Position numbers and translations under genes: made by a program. A DNA stretch of 64,000 nucleotides. Origin: Escherichia coli O157 typing phage 4. The stretch lies in the sequence record KP869102; one strand, 5' to 3'. The notes under the pieces are model-generated. The model saw only the letters and a program-made list of their open reading frames with translations. It did no database searches and had not been told where the DNA came from. Positions 35,871 through 45,540 of this stretch are shown piece by piece. Within the stretch, counting starts at the first letter, position 1. Every line of letters begins with the position of its first letter.

Positions 35871-36133
35871 TGACCACGAAAATCACTATTGCAGAACCGA
35901 AAGCTAACACACAACCTATCGAAAAGTTTAAATGCGGCGAGGTGGTAACATTCACACCAGATAATGAAGATGCTAAGATTTTCGCTATGGTCACAGCTGA
36001 GTGGATGTGTGACAATACCACACAAGTACTACGTTTCGATACCTACCTCACAGATGAGATCCGAAACGATAAGATCGTGACAGGTGTGGACACTGAAATT
36101 ATTTTCTACAAGAGCTTTTTAGAGGGTTTCTGA
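35870..36133 (+). CDS. hypothetical protein
   Basis: 87 aa; RBS GGAGGAAGAG; ATGA overlap. Confidence 0.5.
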   Translation: MTTKITIAEPKANTQPIEKFKCGEVVTFTPDNEDAKIFAMVTAEWMCDNTTQVLRFDTYLTDEIRNDKIVTGVDTEIIFYKSFLEGF

Positions 36134-36134
36134 T

Positions 36135-36368
36135 ATGGCAAAAATTCGTAAATTATCCAGCAATCAGGTTGTGAAAGACTTTGAATCTGGAGAGATTCTG
36201 TATGTTCGTGATGCAGATGACGAAGGTGAAGATCTTGTTATGTTGGTGGGGCACGCTGAGGACGGATGCATCCAAGCTGTTTTTCTTGAAACAGCCATGG
36301 TGCACTGGATAGAGCTGGACTTGAAAGCACGAAAACCTAAAGCAGAAATCCTGATTTACGAAGATTAA
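36135..36368 (+). CDS. hypothetical protein
   Basis: 77 aa; RBS AGAGGG. Confidence 0.5.
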   Translation: MAKIRKLSSNQVVKDFESGEILYVRDADDEGEDLVMLVGHAEDGCIQAVFLETAMVHWIELDLKARKPKAEILIYED

Positions 36369-36384
36369 CAAAAAGGAGATAGCC

Positions 36385-36834
36385 GTGTTGAGCAAGCGTG
36401 AATGCGACAGCATTAGCCTGAATTCTTATAAGAAACAATGGTTTGGGGTAGAAGTTTGCCGACTGCGGCTAGGCTCCTACCTGAACTTCGTTTATTATGA
36501 GAGCGATAGTCGTATCGTTTCTTATGAAGTGTTCTACACTAAGAACACCTTCGAACTGCGCCGTAAAGTGGATGGTGGGAGAACTACCCCCCAGAATAAT
36601 TGGGAAACTATCCTCCCTACAGATGTTATAGGAAGTCCCCTGAATGTATCTGAAGATGAAAATCTTATGGTTCATGCTATGATGGGACTTGACAGCTTAG
36701 AGCTGGCGATCTATGATATGTCCATCGAAGCAGTTAAGCTGGACTACATCGAAAACACTTTAGAGGAAGGTATCAAGAAGTTTCTCAGTGAGAAATTAAA
36801 AGACCACTTTCATAAGGAGCTATACCTGTTATGA
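36385..36834 (+). CDS. hypothetical protein
   Basis: 149 aa; GTG start with AAGGAGA RBS. Confidence 0.5.
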   Translation: MLSKRECDSISLNSYKKQWFGVEVCRLRLGSYLNFVYYESDSRIVSYEVFYTKNTFELRRKVDGGRTTPQNNWETILPTDVIGSPLNVSEDENLMVHAMMGLDSLELAIYDMSIEAVKLDYIENTLEEGIKKFLSEKLKDHFHKELYLL

Positions 36835-37076
36835 AGACCCGTAAAGAACGTAACAAAATTTTACCAGGAGCTCTCGAACACCTGATGAAGTGCAGGTCTA
36901 TTTGGCACTCTGCCAAGGAAGGGCAGAAGGTGGTTGTGGTTAGTGACAATACCAACCCGTTTGGAGATTATACCACCATGATGGCCCCATATGTCCGTGA
37001 TGGCGTTGTAGAAGTGGTCCCTTACAACGGTCTGCATGAACGGCACTTTGAAAGCACTTTGTTAGTGGAGCTATAG
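36831..37076 (+). CDS. hypothetical protein
   Basis: 81 aa; overlaps the previous stop. Confidence 0.5.
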   Translation: MKTRKERNKILPGALEHLMKCRSIWHSAKEGQKVVVVSDNTNPFGDYTTMMAPYVRDGVVEVVPYNGLHERHFESTLLVEL

Positions 37077-37078
37077 TC

Positions 37079-37645
37079 ATGGCGGTCAATGTGGCTTACA
37101 ACACAGGAAAGCTTGACAGAGACATTGGGTGTCTTGTCCTTTCAGATACAGAAGAATATTGGGGTTATGGGTTGCTGTCAGACCCACACCCGAGCAACCT
37201 TGTATCAACAGTGCTATACCGCTACGACCCTGTGCCAACGGTACACGACAAAGACATTCACGACCTTCGTATCAAGTGCCTGGAAGATCTGCTGAACAAT
37301 GGTTGCAACGATCTGCGGGTAGCCAGGGAGAAGCTTACAAACATTCACAAAGAGGAAGTGATGAGCACCCTCAGTAAGAGATCAGTGCACAAAAAGATGA
37401 TGCTGAACTTTGCAATGGGTATCTACATGGACGGGTATAAGGGAGGTGATCCGATTCTCAAGCTTCGCTGCCCAACACTGTGGGAAAGAGTGGTTGACAG
37501 TAAGGACGGTACTGCCCTGCTCGAACTCCACACTGCAGGTTGGATTTGGCGGTATGTAGACGGATACCCTCTGTGGGCATGTGGACCTGGGGAATTTGTT
37601 GACAGACCTAGTGCGGTGGTGGACTTACTATTGCAGTTTGAATAA
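37079..37645 (+). CDS. hypothetical protein
   Basis: ORF track 188 aa. Confidence 0.5.
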   Translation: MAVNVAYNTGKLDRDIGCLVLSDTEEYWGYGLLSDPHPSNLVSTVLYRYDPVPTVHDKDIHDLRIKCLEDLLNNGCNDLRVAREKLTNIHKEEVMSTLSKRSVHKKMMLNFAMGIYMDGYKGGDPILKLRCPTLWERVVDSKDGTALLELHTAGWIWRYVDGYPLWACGPGEFVDRPSAVVDLLLQFE

Positions 37646-37703
37646 AAAAGGTGAGTTATAAGGTATTCATACACCTACCAACAATACAACAGGAGAGACT
37701 GAG

Positions 37704-37979
37704 ATGACGAAAGAAGAGGCCGACGTATTAGATTTTGCACTAGAGGCTACGCAGGAGGCTTTGGTGTTAGCTTGGAAAATGAACCAGCGTGCTGCAGAAT
37801 GCAACCGTCGCATCAATGAGATTCTGGGCATGTCTATGTATGATTTCACTATGCATGCCGGAGAGATTCCTGAATTAACTGCAGAGATGAATGATCTTGA
37901 CAATAAGATTAATATCATTCTGAAGACAGCAGAAACAACTCACCAAACCGCCCGTAAATTTATCAACGAGAAGGTGTGA
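37704..37979 (+). CDS. hypothetical protein
   Basis: 91 aa; RBS CAGGAGAGA. Confidence 0.5.
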   Translation: MTKEEADVLDFALEATQEALVLAWKMNQRAAECNRRINEILGMSMYDFTMHAGEIPELTAEMNDLDNKINIILKTAETTHQTARKFINEKV

Positions 37980-38455
37980 ATATGGACTACAGCTACTGCG
38001 GGGAAGAAGTTCCTTTTAACTACGGTAATCTTACCACAAGCAATCCATACGAGACTCGCCACGGCACACACATCATTGCCATTGACTTTGATGAAACGTT
38101 TAATGCGAGCCCTTTCATCTTCTCCCGCCTGATCAGGGACCTGAAGAAGGAGAGGTGGACAGTATACCTTGTGACTTCCCGATTCATTACTCAAGACAAT
38201 GTGGACATTGAGTATTGGCGCAAGGAGCTTGATGTTGGTGTGTTTTATACTGGAGGTATTCAGAAGGCAGCCTATCTGGCGCAGTTTGATATCTATCCAG
38301 ATATTTGGATTGATGATTCTCCGGCATGTATTCCGGCTAAAAATCAGTTAGAGTTTGCAATGAAGGAGATCGAGTATAAGTCTGAGGCTAAGCGGAACGG
38401 ATGGCCCTTTATTATTGAAGATTACCCAGATCCTGAACCGGAGAAAGAGCCATGA
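37976..38455 (+). CDS. hypothetical protein, possible HAD-superfamily phosphatase
   Basis: 159 aa; HIIAIDFDETF resembles HAD motif I (DxDxT); weak. Confidence 0.45.
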   Translation: MNMDYSYCGEEVPFNYGNLTTSNPYETRHGTHIIAIDFDETFNASPFIFSRLIRDLKKERWTVYLVTSRFITQDNVDIEYWRKELDVGVFYTGGIQKAAYLAQFDIYPDIWIDDSPACIPAKNQLEFAMKEIEYKSEAKRNGWPFIIEDYPDPEPEKEP

Positions 38456-38622
38456 GGCGAAGATATCATTACCTGATGTGGAAGTTATATCATGGTGCTG
38501 CTAAAGCCTACCGCACCGTGTTTGGTAATGACAATCACTGCATTATGTTACACCTTACCGCCATTGAACATCACAATGAGTGGATTCGTGCAATCGTAAT
38601 AGGTGACAAAGATTTTAAGTAA
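38452..38622 (+). CDS. hypothetical 56-aa protein
   Basis: Manual ORF MRRRYHYLMWKLYHGAAKAYRTVFGNDNHC...; ATGA overlap with the previous stop. Confidence 0.35.
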   Translation: MRRRYHYLMWKLYHGAAKAYRTVFGNDNHCIMLHLTAIEHHNEWIRAIVIGDKDFK

Positions 38623-38652
38623 AGTATTGCTTTCTAGATGGAGACTGATTAA

Positions 38653-39033
38653 ATGTGCAAGTGTAAATCCTATAATTGGAAAGTGAAAGGTGCCAAGCAT
38701 CAAAATGTTATCGTTGATGTGCCTAAAAAGCTCCGTGACGGCAAAAAACGTGTGTGCCTTGATAAGTGCATGGCTAAGCCTATCATGAGTCTATGGGCGG
38801 CAGGATTGAAAACTCTAAACTGCTGCTGTGGTCATAACAAAGATGTTCCAAGTATCATTATCCCAGAGGATGCAGACCCTAAAGCTTATGCCAAAATACT
38901 GACTCGCTACCCCAGCACCTTTCTGATCGGAAAATGGTGTCACGATGAACTTCAATGGTGGGTAGCATACGGTAGTATAGGTACTGCTTTTGGCTTCCCA
39001 GCTTTGTCAGAGCGCTACGTCAAAGTGTCATAA
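38653..39033 (+). CDS. hypothetical Cys-rich protein
   Basis: 126 aa; several Cys pairs (CKCKS, CLDKC, NCCCGH). Confidence 0.5.
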   Translation: MCKCKSYNWKVKGAKHQNVIVDVPKKLRDGKKRVCLDKCMAKPIMSLWAAGLKTLNCCCGHNKDVPSIIIPEDADPKAYAKILTRYPSTFLIGKWCHDELQWWVAYGSIGTAFGFPALSERYVKVS

Positions 39034-39138
39034 CCTATTTTAAGGCCTCAAACGAGGCCTGTGCCTTCATAAATTGCCCTACCCTGTGAGATTACCCTCC
39101 TGAACAAAATACCTCCCCAGAATCGCTTAAAATTAAAC

Positions 39139-39167
39139 TTGACACCAACACCAGATCTATGTATGAT
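39139..39167 (+). promoter_or_regulatory. sigma70-type promoter (TTGACA-17-TATGAT)
   Basis: -35 at 39139-39144, -10 at 39162-39167; overlaps the track start of the next ORF. Confidence 0.45.
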
Positions 39168-39197
39168 TATCTCACCAACCGAACAGAGGAGATCGTC

Positions 39198-39605
39198 ATG
39201 GATAATCTTGCGGATGTAAATGTCGAGATTGTTAAACTAAAGTTCTTGGGCTTTCGAGACCCTTATTCTTTAACAGCTATACTAATGGACACTCACTTCA
39301 CACCAGGTAAAGAGTACCCAGCCTTCCGTTATATTTGTGGAGATCACGAATCAGCTTATAGTGTGAATACAAACCTCGGCGAGGGATATTTCATCAGAGA
39401 TATCACAGATCACTTATGGGGAATGTGGGAGTTGGTGGAAGAAGAGAATAAATCCCTTCCTAAAGAGATTTGGGTGCACACCTTCCACACAGGCAAGTTT
39501 GGAGGTACGGAACATAAGTCTATCCACTATGATGAAGAAAGTGCCATCAAACAACAAGCTGTGCTTGGTGGATCTGTAGAAAAATTTGTTAAATGCGAGG
39601 ACTGA
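39198..39605 (+). CDS. hypothetical protein
   Basis: Track ORF 39159-39605; ATG at 39198 with AGAGGAGA RBS lies downstream of the promoter. Confidence 0.5.
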   Translation: MDNLADVNVEIVKLKFLGFRDPYSLTAILMDTHFTPGKEYPAFRYICGDHESAYSVNTNLGEGYFIRDITDHLWGMWELVEEENKSLPKEIWVHTFHTGKFGGTEHKSIHYDEESAIKQQAVLGGSVEKFVKCED

Positions 39606-39608
39606 GAA

Positions 39609-39809
39609 ATGGCTGATTTTTGTAAAGATTGCTCTGAAGAGTTATTTGGCTTTGACTGCAAAGATTTGGAAGGTCTGATCACTGAGGATCAGTGGAAGGA
39701 AGGCTATGCAGCACCTGTTATTTGTGAAGGCTGTGGTTACACCTATGTCGATCATGAAGGTAAGCGTGTCCAGCCGTCTGAAGATGGGTCGTGTTGGGAA
39801 TACTACTAA
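39609..39809 (+). CDS. hypothetical small Cys-rich protein, possible zinc ribbon
   Basis: 66 aa; CKDCS...CEGCG; RBS GAGGA. Confidence 0.5.
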   Translation: MADFCKDCSEELFGFDCKDLEGLITEDQWKEGYAAPVICEGCGYTYVDHEGKRVQPSEDGSCWEYY

Positions 39810-39813
39810 TTAT

Positions 39814-39850
39814 AAAAAGAAAGGGGCCAAACGGCCCCTTTTTATTTACC
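39814..39850. terminator. bidirectional intrinsic terminator
   Basis: Hairpin GGGGCC-AAAC-GGCCCC at 39824-39839 with an A-run upstream and a T-run downstream, between convergent transcription units. Confidence 0.7.
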
Positions 39851-39855
39851 CCTTG

Positions 39856-42800
39856 TTAACGAGAAAAGGTTGCGTAGGCTTCTAGACGATACTGCTGGTC
39901 ACCAGGGAACATAACACCTATAGAGGCTGTCCCTAGAATCCTGCCTTCCTTTCCAGACTCCATTCTGAACCCTACCCATCCTGAACTTCTTGCAGCCTCG
40001 ATGTTGTCGCTATACCCGAAAGTGGCAAGATCGTCAACACCAGCCCCAAACAGCAACTGAAGCTGACTTCTCGGAAGCCCTATAATTTCAGGAATATACG
40101 CACCAAAGTACACCATCTGCCCTACCTTAGGACCGCTGCCGTACTCCATCGGTTTGCTTGTAGAGAAAGTCTTCATACCAGAAGTACCTGCCGGATTAGG
40201 GTATGCCCCGTTTGTTGCTGTACCTATCCACATTCTCCACTGTGGTGCCATCTGTTTGACAGTAAAAGATGTTGAAGACGTTTTGCGCCCTGCATCATCA
40301 GTAACTACAAACTTTATGGTGACATTCCCAGTAGCTTTAAATGTTACCAGTCCTGTGGTAGCATCTACTGTTGCAATGTTGGTATTACTACTTTCCCAAG
40401 TCTTTCTAATCCCGGCTACGTTGGAAGGGGTAATAGAAGGTTCCTGCATCTGCAGTTTACCACCAACAATCCCTATGCCGTTGCCCGGATTATACAGCAC
40501 ACCAACCTCATCTATAATGTTCCCTGCTTTGAGAATATACTTCCTTGAGAAGTTGTAAGTTCCGTTATAAGTGTGTGTCCCTGAGAAGGTGACATCTGCT
40601 TTTCCGTAAGAGATGCAAACCAAAGCATACTTCCTGTCAGGCAACGTTGCTCCCGTCTCCGGGTGAGTTTTACCAACCTGGAACACGCTGGGGTCAGTAG
40701 AATCGTGGCTATCGCTGACAGAGCTTGGACCACCCATCAACTGAGGTAAGCAATTCCTTACCCACGTCCAGTTATTGTCACTAGAGAAGTCAACAGCCAG
40801 ATCAAATACAACCCACTCATTTGGCTTCCATACAGGTGTTGCAATGGATTTACCTACACCACCTCCTTGAAGTGTTGCCGACTGTTCAGTGATCAGGGCC
40901 GCATAGGCCAGAGTTCCTAAACTCAGAGTCTGGCTTGCTGTCCTCACTACCTTAGAATCAGCATCTGTGAAGTTGTTGATGATCTGGAATGTGCCATAAG
41001 TGTTTTTACAGGTAATTCTGGCGTTCAGCGTGTCAATCTTCCTCACATCTGCCATAGCAGTGTTAGACACAGAGAAGTCAGAAGCTTTAGCTGAGTTTGC
41101 CGCAACAGCAGGATCAACGTTAAGAGTTGCGTTGAACTGACAGGCAGGGGTAACCAGCAGCTTGTTATCACCTATTTGTTTCCATGAAACACTTTGAACA
41201 GGAAGATTCCATTTAATACCTGAGAAAACTTTAGCAACCCTTGGCCCCAAAGCTCCAGTCCTGTTGTCTTTACAGCACATGGACATGGTGATCGTTGACG
41301 GAGTGGCCTGACCAAATAATTGCTGTGCTTTTGCAGAGGACATAATATAGAAATTGTCCTTAACAAACTCATCAGCAGCTAAAGATCCATCAGCTCCCCA
41401 CCACTGAACCTGATACCCTGTTTTGTCCCAACCACCGACCTGCTTCAAGTCCTCCCAGGAGATTTCCAGATCCCCAGTGGTAGGGTTGATTGCAGCAGTT
41501 CCCGGTGTTCCAGAGGACCATAATGGGATATCGAACCACGCTGGTTTAACAGATTGTACTGCGTTCGGTCCTATTGCAGCAGCAAGTTGCTGACCCATCA
41601 ACACACGAGCATCTTTTACCAAGCCCCATTCAATCATGGACCCGGAGTAGCCTTCTTTCTTATAGGCCGAAGATCCGTTCAAATGGATAAGCCTGCTGCA
41701 GTCGAAACCATACGCCCCGCCACCGTTAGGATCTGCAAAGTTAGTTATGATTCTATCCCTTATATTTTTCCATGCCCTGCCTCCAATCTCATAGTCATGG
41801 TCATAACATCTCTGCAGCGTTGTCCAGCAAATGATTGCCATTCTTCTGCCACCAGTAAACCCGAAAGCGCCGTCATTCAACTCTTTCCACAGATAGCAGT
41901 TAGTTGCCCACATAGCTCTGTGGATATTGAACCAGTTTATAGACTTAGCAGAATTGTCCCACTGAGTTCCCGGTAATTCAGGCCACACCGCATTCACCAG
42001 CATATCCTCTGTGCCAGCATCGACCAAGAAGCCTCTTACCTTCCTACCCATCCCTTCTCTGTCTTTAGCAATCCAATTGCCAAACAGCCTCAGTTTTGGA
42101 CCATAAACAACATCTTCAGGGTGCTCAAAAGAGACATACTTCAAGTATACCGTAGGATCACCGTAGGTGCCATCACAAACACTTTTATGCATGTTCTCAC
42201 CCAGGTCTAGACGAAGTCCTGTCACCACTTTAGATGTGTCGGTGAATTTGTCTGTTAAATCAAATTCATACCACCACCATCCGCCACCAAGCATAAATTT
42301 CTTGCACCGCGCAGTGTCTGTATCTGATATTCTCTTATCCCCTGCAAAAGGTGAATCAGCAAACTGATAGTGCAGAGCAGTCTCAAATAGATGTGTTGAG
42401 GTTCCGTTTTCTGCAAGAACTTGCTTACCTATTAAGTCGCACTTAATGATCATCACAACACGCTTGTAGCCGTTTGTTATCGGAACCTGCATAGATATGG
42501 ATGTTCCGTCCATGTTCGATCTTAGTGCGGTCATGATGATGTAAGGATCAACAGCATTACCCAAAGTTTCAGGTCCTGGAATTATCTTGTACTTCTTGAC
42601 CTGCCCCATGAATCTGTCACTGGCGTAAGTTGCAGCCTCGAAGCAAGACCCACCACCAGGTAGTTCCCCCGGACCCCAGAAAAATGCGCCATAACAGTTA
42701 TAAAACCACTTGTTAGGGTCATATTTATTCTTGAAGGTCTGAACCTCGTTGGCCTGTTTTGTCAAGAAAACCTGCGTATCTGTGAAGATTGCAGGGTTTA

Positions 42801-45492
42801 CTCTCGCCTGTCTTGGAGGGTAACCTGTTGATTGGTTAAACCACTGATTGCAAGAGATATCCCTCATATAGTCATAATCAGAGTATTTGTTTACATCTTC
42901 GTTCCAACACATGTTCAGGTTGGTACCGCCCATGCATACAATATACTCTGCGACATACTTATCACTTCTGGTAGGAATACCTATGAACCATCTGTTAACA
43001 GGCTCATCCCAAGCTGTGCGCTCATCTTTAACGCAGATAGCAATCCAGTCATGTGTTCCTGTTTTCTTGCACACATCTCGCTTCATACCATAGTAGAACT
43101 CTTTAGTATTCGGCTCGGGTGCATTTATCAGGTAACTCCATGCCTGATTTGCATAAGTTCCATTGGTGCGCGGATCATGATCAAAGGCATACATGATGAT
43201 CCTTTCCCCACCAAGATGTTCGCCAAGAGTAACTTTGACATTCACATCGCCGTAACCATTGCGAACAACATCCATATTGTCAATAGAGATACCTCTGGGC
43301 GTGTAGGCAATTTTCAGTGAGTTATCTTCACTAGTGCCGCCAAGTGTAATCCCTATGTTGTTTGTTGTCCCGTCGGCATATCTTACTGTAGCTTCCCAGC
43401 GTATTCCGAAATATCCTGCATCATGGCTGACAATTTTCAGTGTACGAGCGCCAGGGTGAGGTTTTCCAGGATCAGGCCAAGGGTCTGGGTGTTCGTGGAC
43501 AGTTAACGACGTTCCGTTTTGCTCGTTAACCTGCAACATTTTACCACCTCTGCCGTTAGGGTTGAACTCCCATACGGCCTGTGTCTGCACCAAGTTGTTG
43601 TAGGTATTTCTTCTCTGATCATAAATCTCTTGGGTAACATCATAAGTGACTGATCCAGCATCCATTCTGTGGAGTCGGACCATATACGATGTATCCCCTT
43701 CTACTGCAGGCTGAGTACCATTCAGCCCAAAGTATACAGTATCGTTAACATGGAACTGCTTGCTTCTACCAACGGTATGCCACTTGCCGTTAGACGGATA
43801 CGCAGGAACTATAGTGTTCCAGTTCAAAGTCCTTGTTGTGTGAGTTCTGCCTGTGCCATGCTTGTCATGATAGGTTATTTTTACAGAGTACAGGCCACGT
43901 CTGTTAACATTTCTGTTATACTGGGTAACAACAACTTCGTTGGCCCCACCGTGGTTCCAGTTGGTGGAGAATTGATAATTTGCATCTGTAACAACCGTAC
44001 CTGCAGCATTTACCAGTTCAATCTTGTCAATAATGAACGTAGCCCCCTCTGGCTGAGGCTTCAATTTCATCTTGACCGTGTCGCCAATGTAAATATTGCT
44101 AACGCTGCTAACACCGTTGACGTCGAAAATATCATCAACACCCCAACTGTCTACCGGGACATTTTTATACCAATTCTCAGGAACCTCTGTGAACCCCTGA
44201 CTATTAAGTCTGCCGCCAAACAGGTTGTTAGAGCCTGCAAAACTTCCCCTTGGGATGCCTGACCACCAAAGTTTGCCATTAACAACAGTAAAGGTTCCTA
44301 AGAAACCTTCCCTGTGGATGCCTTGGAAATAAACACTCTCTGTCCAGCTAACTGGCAGGCGTTGCTCAACATATTTAGCTGTAGCAAGAGCCTGATAGTG
44401 GATAAAATTGGCCCTAGGGCTATTGTTTGCAGATTGTGCACCAATATCATTACACAAGTTGCGAGAGAATCCACGATACTGTTTAGTGCCATTATTGAAG
44501 AAAATGCCACTTGTGCCGTATCCACGAGCCATTATCACCTCATGGGTGTAGGTGATATTTAAGGAACGCCATGTGTCATCTCCCCAAACGTCTTGCCCGT
44601 AGAATACGTTAACAAGCTGCTGGTCATTGGGTTTGTGCATCCTCTGCGTGGCAATTATTGCCCCGTTAGGACCACACATAAACCCTTTCCACTCCTCATC
44701 TGCAGGAATGCCCCTCAAATCGTTACGAGTAATCTGCACAGGAGGCCAAACAAGGTCGTTTCTACTGTTATTTCTCAGAAAGTCGTATCCAGCAATCCAG
44801 AAACCTCTAGGACCACCGAAAATAACAGAGTTGTCATGCACCTCACAGTTAATGCTTGGGTTTTTCCAAGGGCCTGTTTCAGGATTTTCCGATGTCTCAC
44901 CAATCTTTACAGGGGTTGCATGCTGATTTTTATCTACATGCAAAGATCCGTAGGTGTTGTTACCAGATCCATACAGGTTAAGTATGCCAGTGCCTTCTGC
45001 TTCTGCAATAACCCAGACCGTGTTGTTAATACCACCCATCACCTCAATAAGGCGCTCTGGGTGGGTGTCAAGGTGCAACCCTTTAACGATCTGTTCAGGA
45101 AGAGGTGTCCACTCTCTTACACAAACATCATTACCGCCTGCAGCATCAGACCCGATAAGCCCTGCAGTGCAGCCGATGTAGAAAAACTGGTTATCAAAAG
45201 TTCGGATCACAAACGCGCGGTCTGCTCTCCACACATGATCAACGTTCCAGGCAGCCTCGTTGGGGTAGTTTATCGTGTCAAGATCCCCAGTGCGGCACTC
45301 TCCGAACCTGTTATAGCCCGTGATATTAAGTTGACCATCATCAAAAAGTATAGCTAAGCTATTTACATAGGATACTGTAGTACTTGTGCCATCACTGTTG
45401 TCTATTGGGTATGACAGAACAGCAAGTTCCTTAATTCCACCCCTCTTATCGAGGAAATGACGACCAAGTTTTAGCAAAGGGATTGGAAGCAT
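39856..45492 (-). CDS. very large beta-rich structural protein with C-terminal Big_2-like Ig domain
   Basis: 1878 aa; last gene of the minus-strand late operon; Big_2-like segment NIATVDATTGLVTFKATGNVTIKFVVTDDAG; Gly/Thr/Asn/Trp-rich. Confidence 0.7.
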   Translation of the reverse strand: MLPIPLLKLGRHFLDKRGGIKELAVLSYPIDNSDGTSTTVSYVNSLAILFDDGQLNITGYNRFGECRTGDLDTINYPNEAAWNVDHVWRADRAFVIRTFDNQFFYIGCTAGLIGSDAAGGNDVCVREWTPLPEQIVKGLHLDTHPERLIEVMGGINNTVWVIAEAEGTGILNLYGSGNNTYGSLHVDKNQHATPVKIGETSENPETGPWKNPSINCEVHDNSVIFGGPRGFWIAGYDFLRNNSRNDLVWPPVQITRNDLRGIPADEEWKGFMCGPNGAIIATQRMHKPNDQQLVNVFYGQDVWGDDTWRSLNITYTHEVIMARGYGTSGIFFNNGTKQYRGFSRNLCNDIGAQSANNSPRANFIHYQALATAKYVEQRLPVSWTESVYFQGIHREGFLGTFTVVNGKLWWSGIPRGSFAGSNNLFGGRLNSQGFTEVPENWYKNVPVDSWGVDDIFDVNGVSSVSNIYIGDTVKMKLKPQPEGATFIIDKIELVNAAGTVVTDANYQFSTNWNHGGANEVVVTQYNRNVNRRGLYSVKITYHDKHGTGRTHTTRTLNWNTIVPAYPSNGKWHTVGRSKQFHVNDTVYFGLNGTQPAVEGDTSYMVRLHRMDAGSVTYDVTQEIYDQRRNTYNNLVQTQAVWEFNPNGRGGKMLQVNEQNGTSLTVHEHPDPWPDPGKPHPGARTLKIVSHDAGYFGIRWEATVRYADGTTNNIGITLGGTSEDNSLKIAYTPRGISIDNMDVVRNGYGDVNVKVTLGEHLGGERIIMYAFDHDPRTNGTYANQAWSYLINAPEPNTKEFYYGMKRDVCKKTGTHDWIAICVKDERTAWDEPVNRWFIGIPTRSDKYVAEYIVCMGGTNLNMCWNEDVNKYSDYDYMRDISCNQWFNQSTGYPPRQARVNPAIFTDTQVFLTKQANEVQTFKNKYDPNKWFYNCYGAFFWGPGELPGGGSCFEAATYASDRFMGQVKKYKIIPGPETLGNAVDPYIIMTALRSNMDGTSISMQVPITNGYKRVVMIIKCDLIGKQVLAENGTSTHLFETALHYQFADSPFAGDKRISDTDTARCKKFMLGGGWWWYEFDLTDKFTDTSKVVTGLRLDLGENMHKSVCDGTYGDPTVYLKYVSFEHPEDVVYGPKLRLFGNWIAKDREGMGRKVRGFLVDAGTEDMLVNAVWPELPGTQWDNSAKSINWFNIHRAMWATNCYLWKELNDGAFGFTGGRRMAIICWTTLQRCYDHDYEIGGRAWKNIRDRIITNFADPNGGGAYGFDCSRLIHLNGSSAYKKEGYSGSMIEWGLVKDARVLMGQQLAAAIGPNAVQSVKPAWFDIPLWSSGTPGTAAINPTTGDLEISWEDLKQVGGWDKTGYQVQWWGADGSLAADEFVKDNFYIMSSAKAQQLFGQATPSTITMSMCCKDNRTGALGPRVAKVFSGIKWNLPVQSVSWKQIGDNKLLVTPACQFNATLNVDPAVAANSAKASDFSVSNTAMADVRKIDTLNARITCKNTYGTFQIINNFTDADSKVVRTASQTLSLGTLAYAALITEQSATLQGGGVGKSIATPVWKPNEWVVFDLAVDFSSDNNWTWVRNCLPQLMGGPSSVSDSHDSTDPSVFQVGKTHPETGATLPDRKYALVCISYGKADVTFSGTHTYNGTYNFSRKYILKAGNIIDEVGVLYNPGNGIGIVGGKLQMQEPSITPSNVAGIRKTWESSNTNIATVDATTGLVTFKATGNVTIKFVVTDDAGRKTSSTSFTVKQMAPQWRMWIGTATNGAYPNPAGTSGMKTFSTSKPMEYGSGPKVGQMVYFGAYIPEIIGLPRSQLQLLFGAGVDDLATFGYSDNIEAARSSGWVGFRMESGKEGRILGTASIGVMFPGDQQYRLEAYATFSR

Positions 45493-45540
45493 TGTGTTCT
45501 CCAGATAAGAAAACCGCCCCGTCAGGAGCGGTTAGATATA

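Noticed and set aside
44593-45357. 254-aa plus-strand ORF inside the 1878-aa gene (with further antisense ORFs at 40154, 41554, 42832 and 43669)
   Set aside because: All are antisense to one long uninterrupted minus-strand ORF; no RBS and no operon context.
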